From assembly GCA_963775685.1 (NCBI GenBank), contig CAVZJV010000014.1:480001-544000 (forward strand): a stretch of DNA of 64,000 nucleotides. The letters run 5' to 3'. The position numbers and the translations under genes were made by a program. This document shows positions 63,895 to 64,000 of the stretch, one piece after another. This stretch comes from Candidatus Bathyarchaeota archaeon. Lineage in GTDB: Archaea; Thermoproteota; Bathyarchaeia; Bathyarchaeales; Bathycorpusculaceae. The notes below the pieces were generated by a model that was given only the letters and a program-made list of their open reading frames with translations, was not told where the DNA came from and ran no database searches. Each line of letters opens with the position of its first letter. Position 1 is the stretch's first letter.

Positions 63895-64000
63895 CGCAAC
63901 TCGGAGTATTCTTTTTAGCAAAATAAATTAACAGGAATGGAAATAAAACGGATTTGATGGATACAAGTCTAGTCCAACCTTTGGTAGTGCAGAAAAAATG

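Overview
Archaeal chromosomal window of roughly 40% GC by eye. The gene set points to Candidatus Bathyarchaeia (TACK): Cren7-like protein, ESCRT-III paralog, TFS, Nop5/fibrillarin, a methanofuran mfn cluster and many ArnR1-type wHTH genes. Housekeeping content includes a proteasome alpha subunit, mfnBADFE with a HisA-like gene, tfs, galT/glycogen debranching enzyme/DUF89/tpiA/TrmB, rnhB, flpA-nop5, aguB-aguA, pyrB, mdh and an ABC exporter. The most notable items are: (1) a putative archaeal RiPP locus, with a nitrile-hydratase-leader-like precursor and a radical SAM/SPASM enzyme carrying a C-terminal RRE-like domain, next to an uncharacterised two-gene module; (2) two tandem unannotated box C/D sRNAs whose guides appear to address one 23S rRNA region; (3) an HTH-ATP-cone-NrdD pseudoenzyme that lacks the radical chemistry residues; (4) Nop5 with an RGG/GAR-like tail running into the fibrillarin start; (5) several structured intergenic RNA candidates, small unannotated ORFs, dispersed repeats and gene relics. 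Several single-base frameshifts may be assembly errors. No rRNA, tRNA, CRISPR array or transposase was recognised. All family calls come from motif recognition, not database searches.
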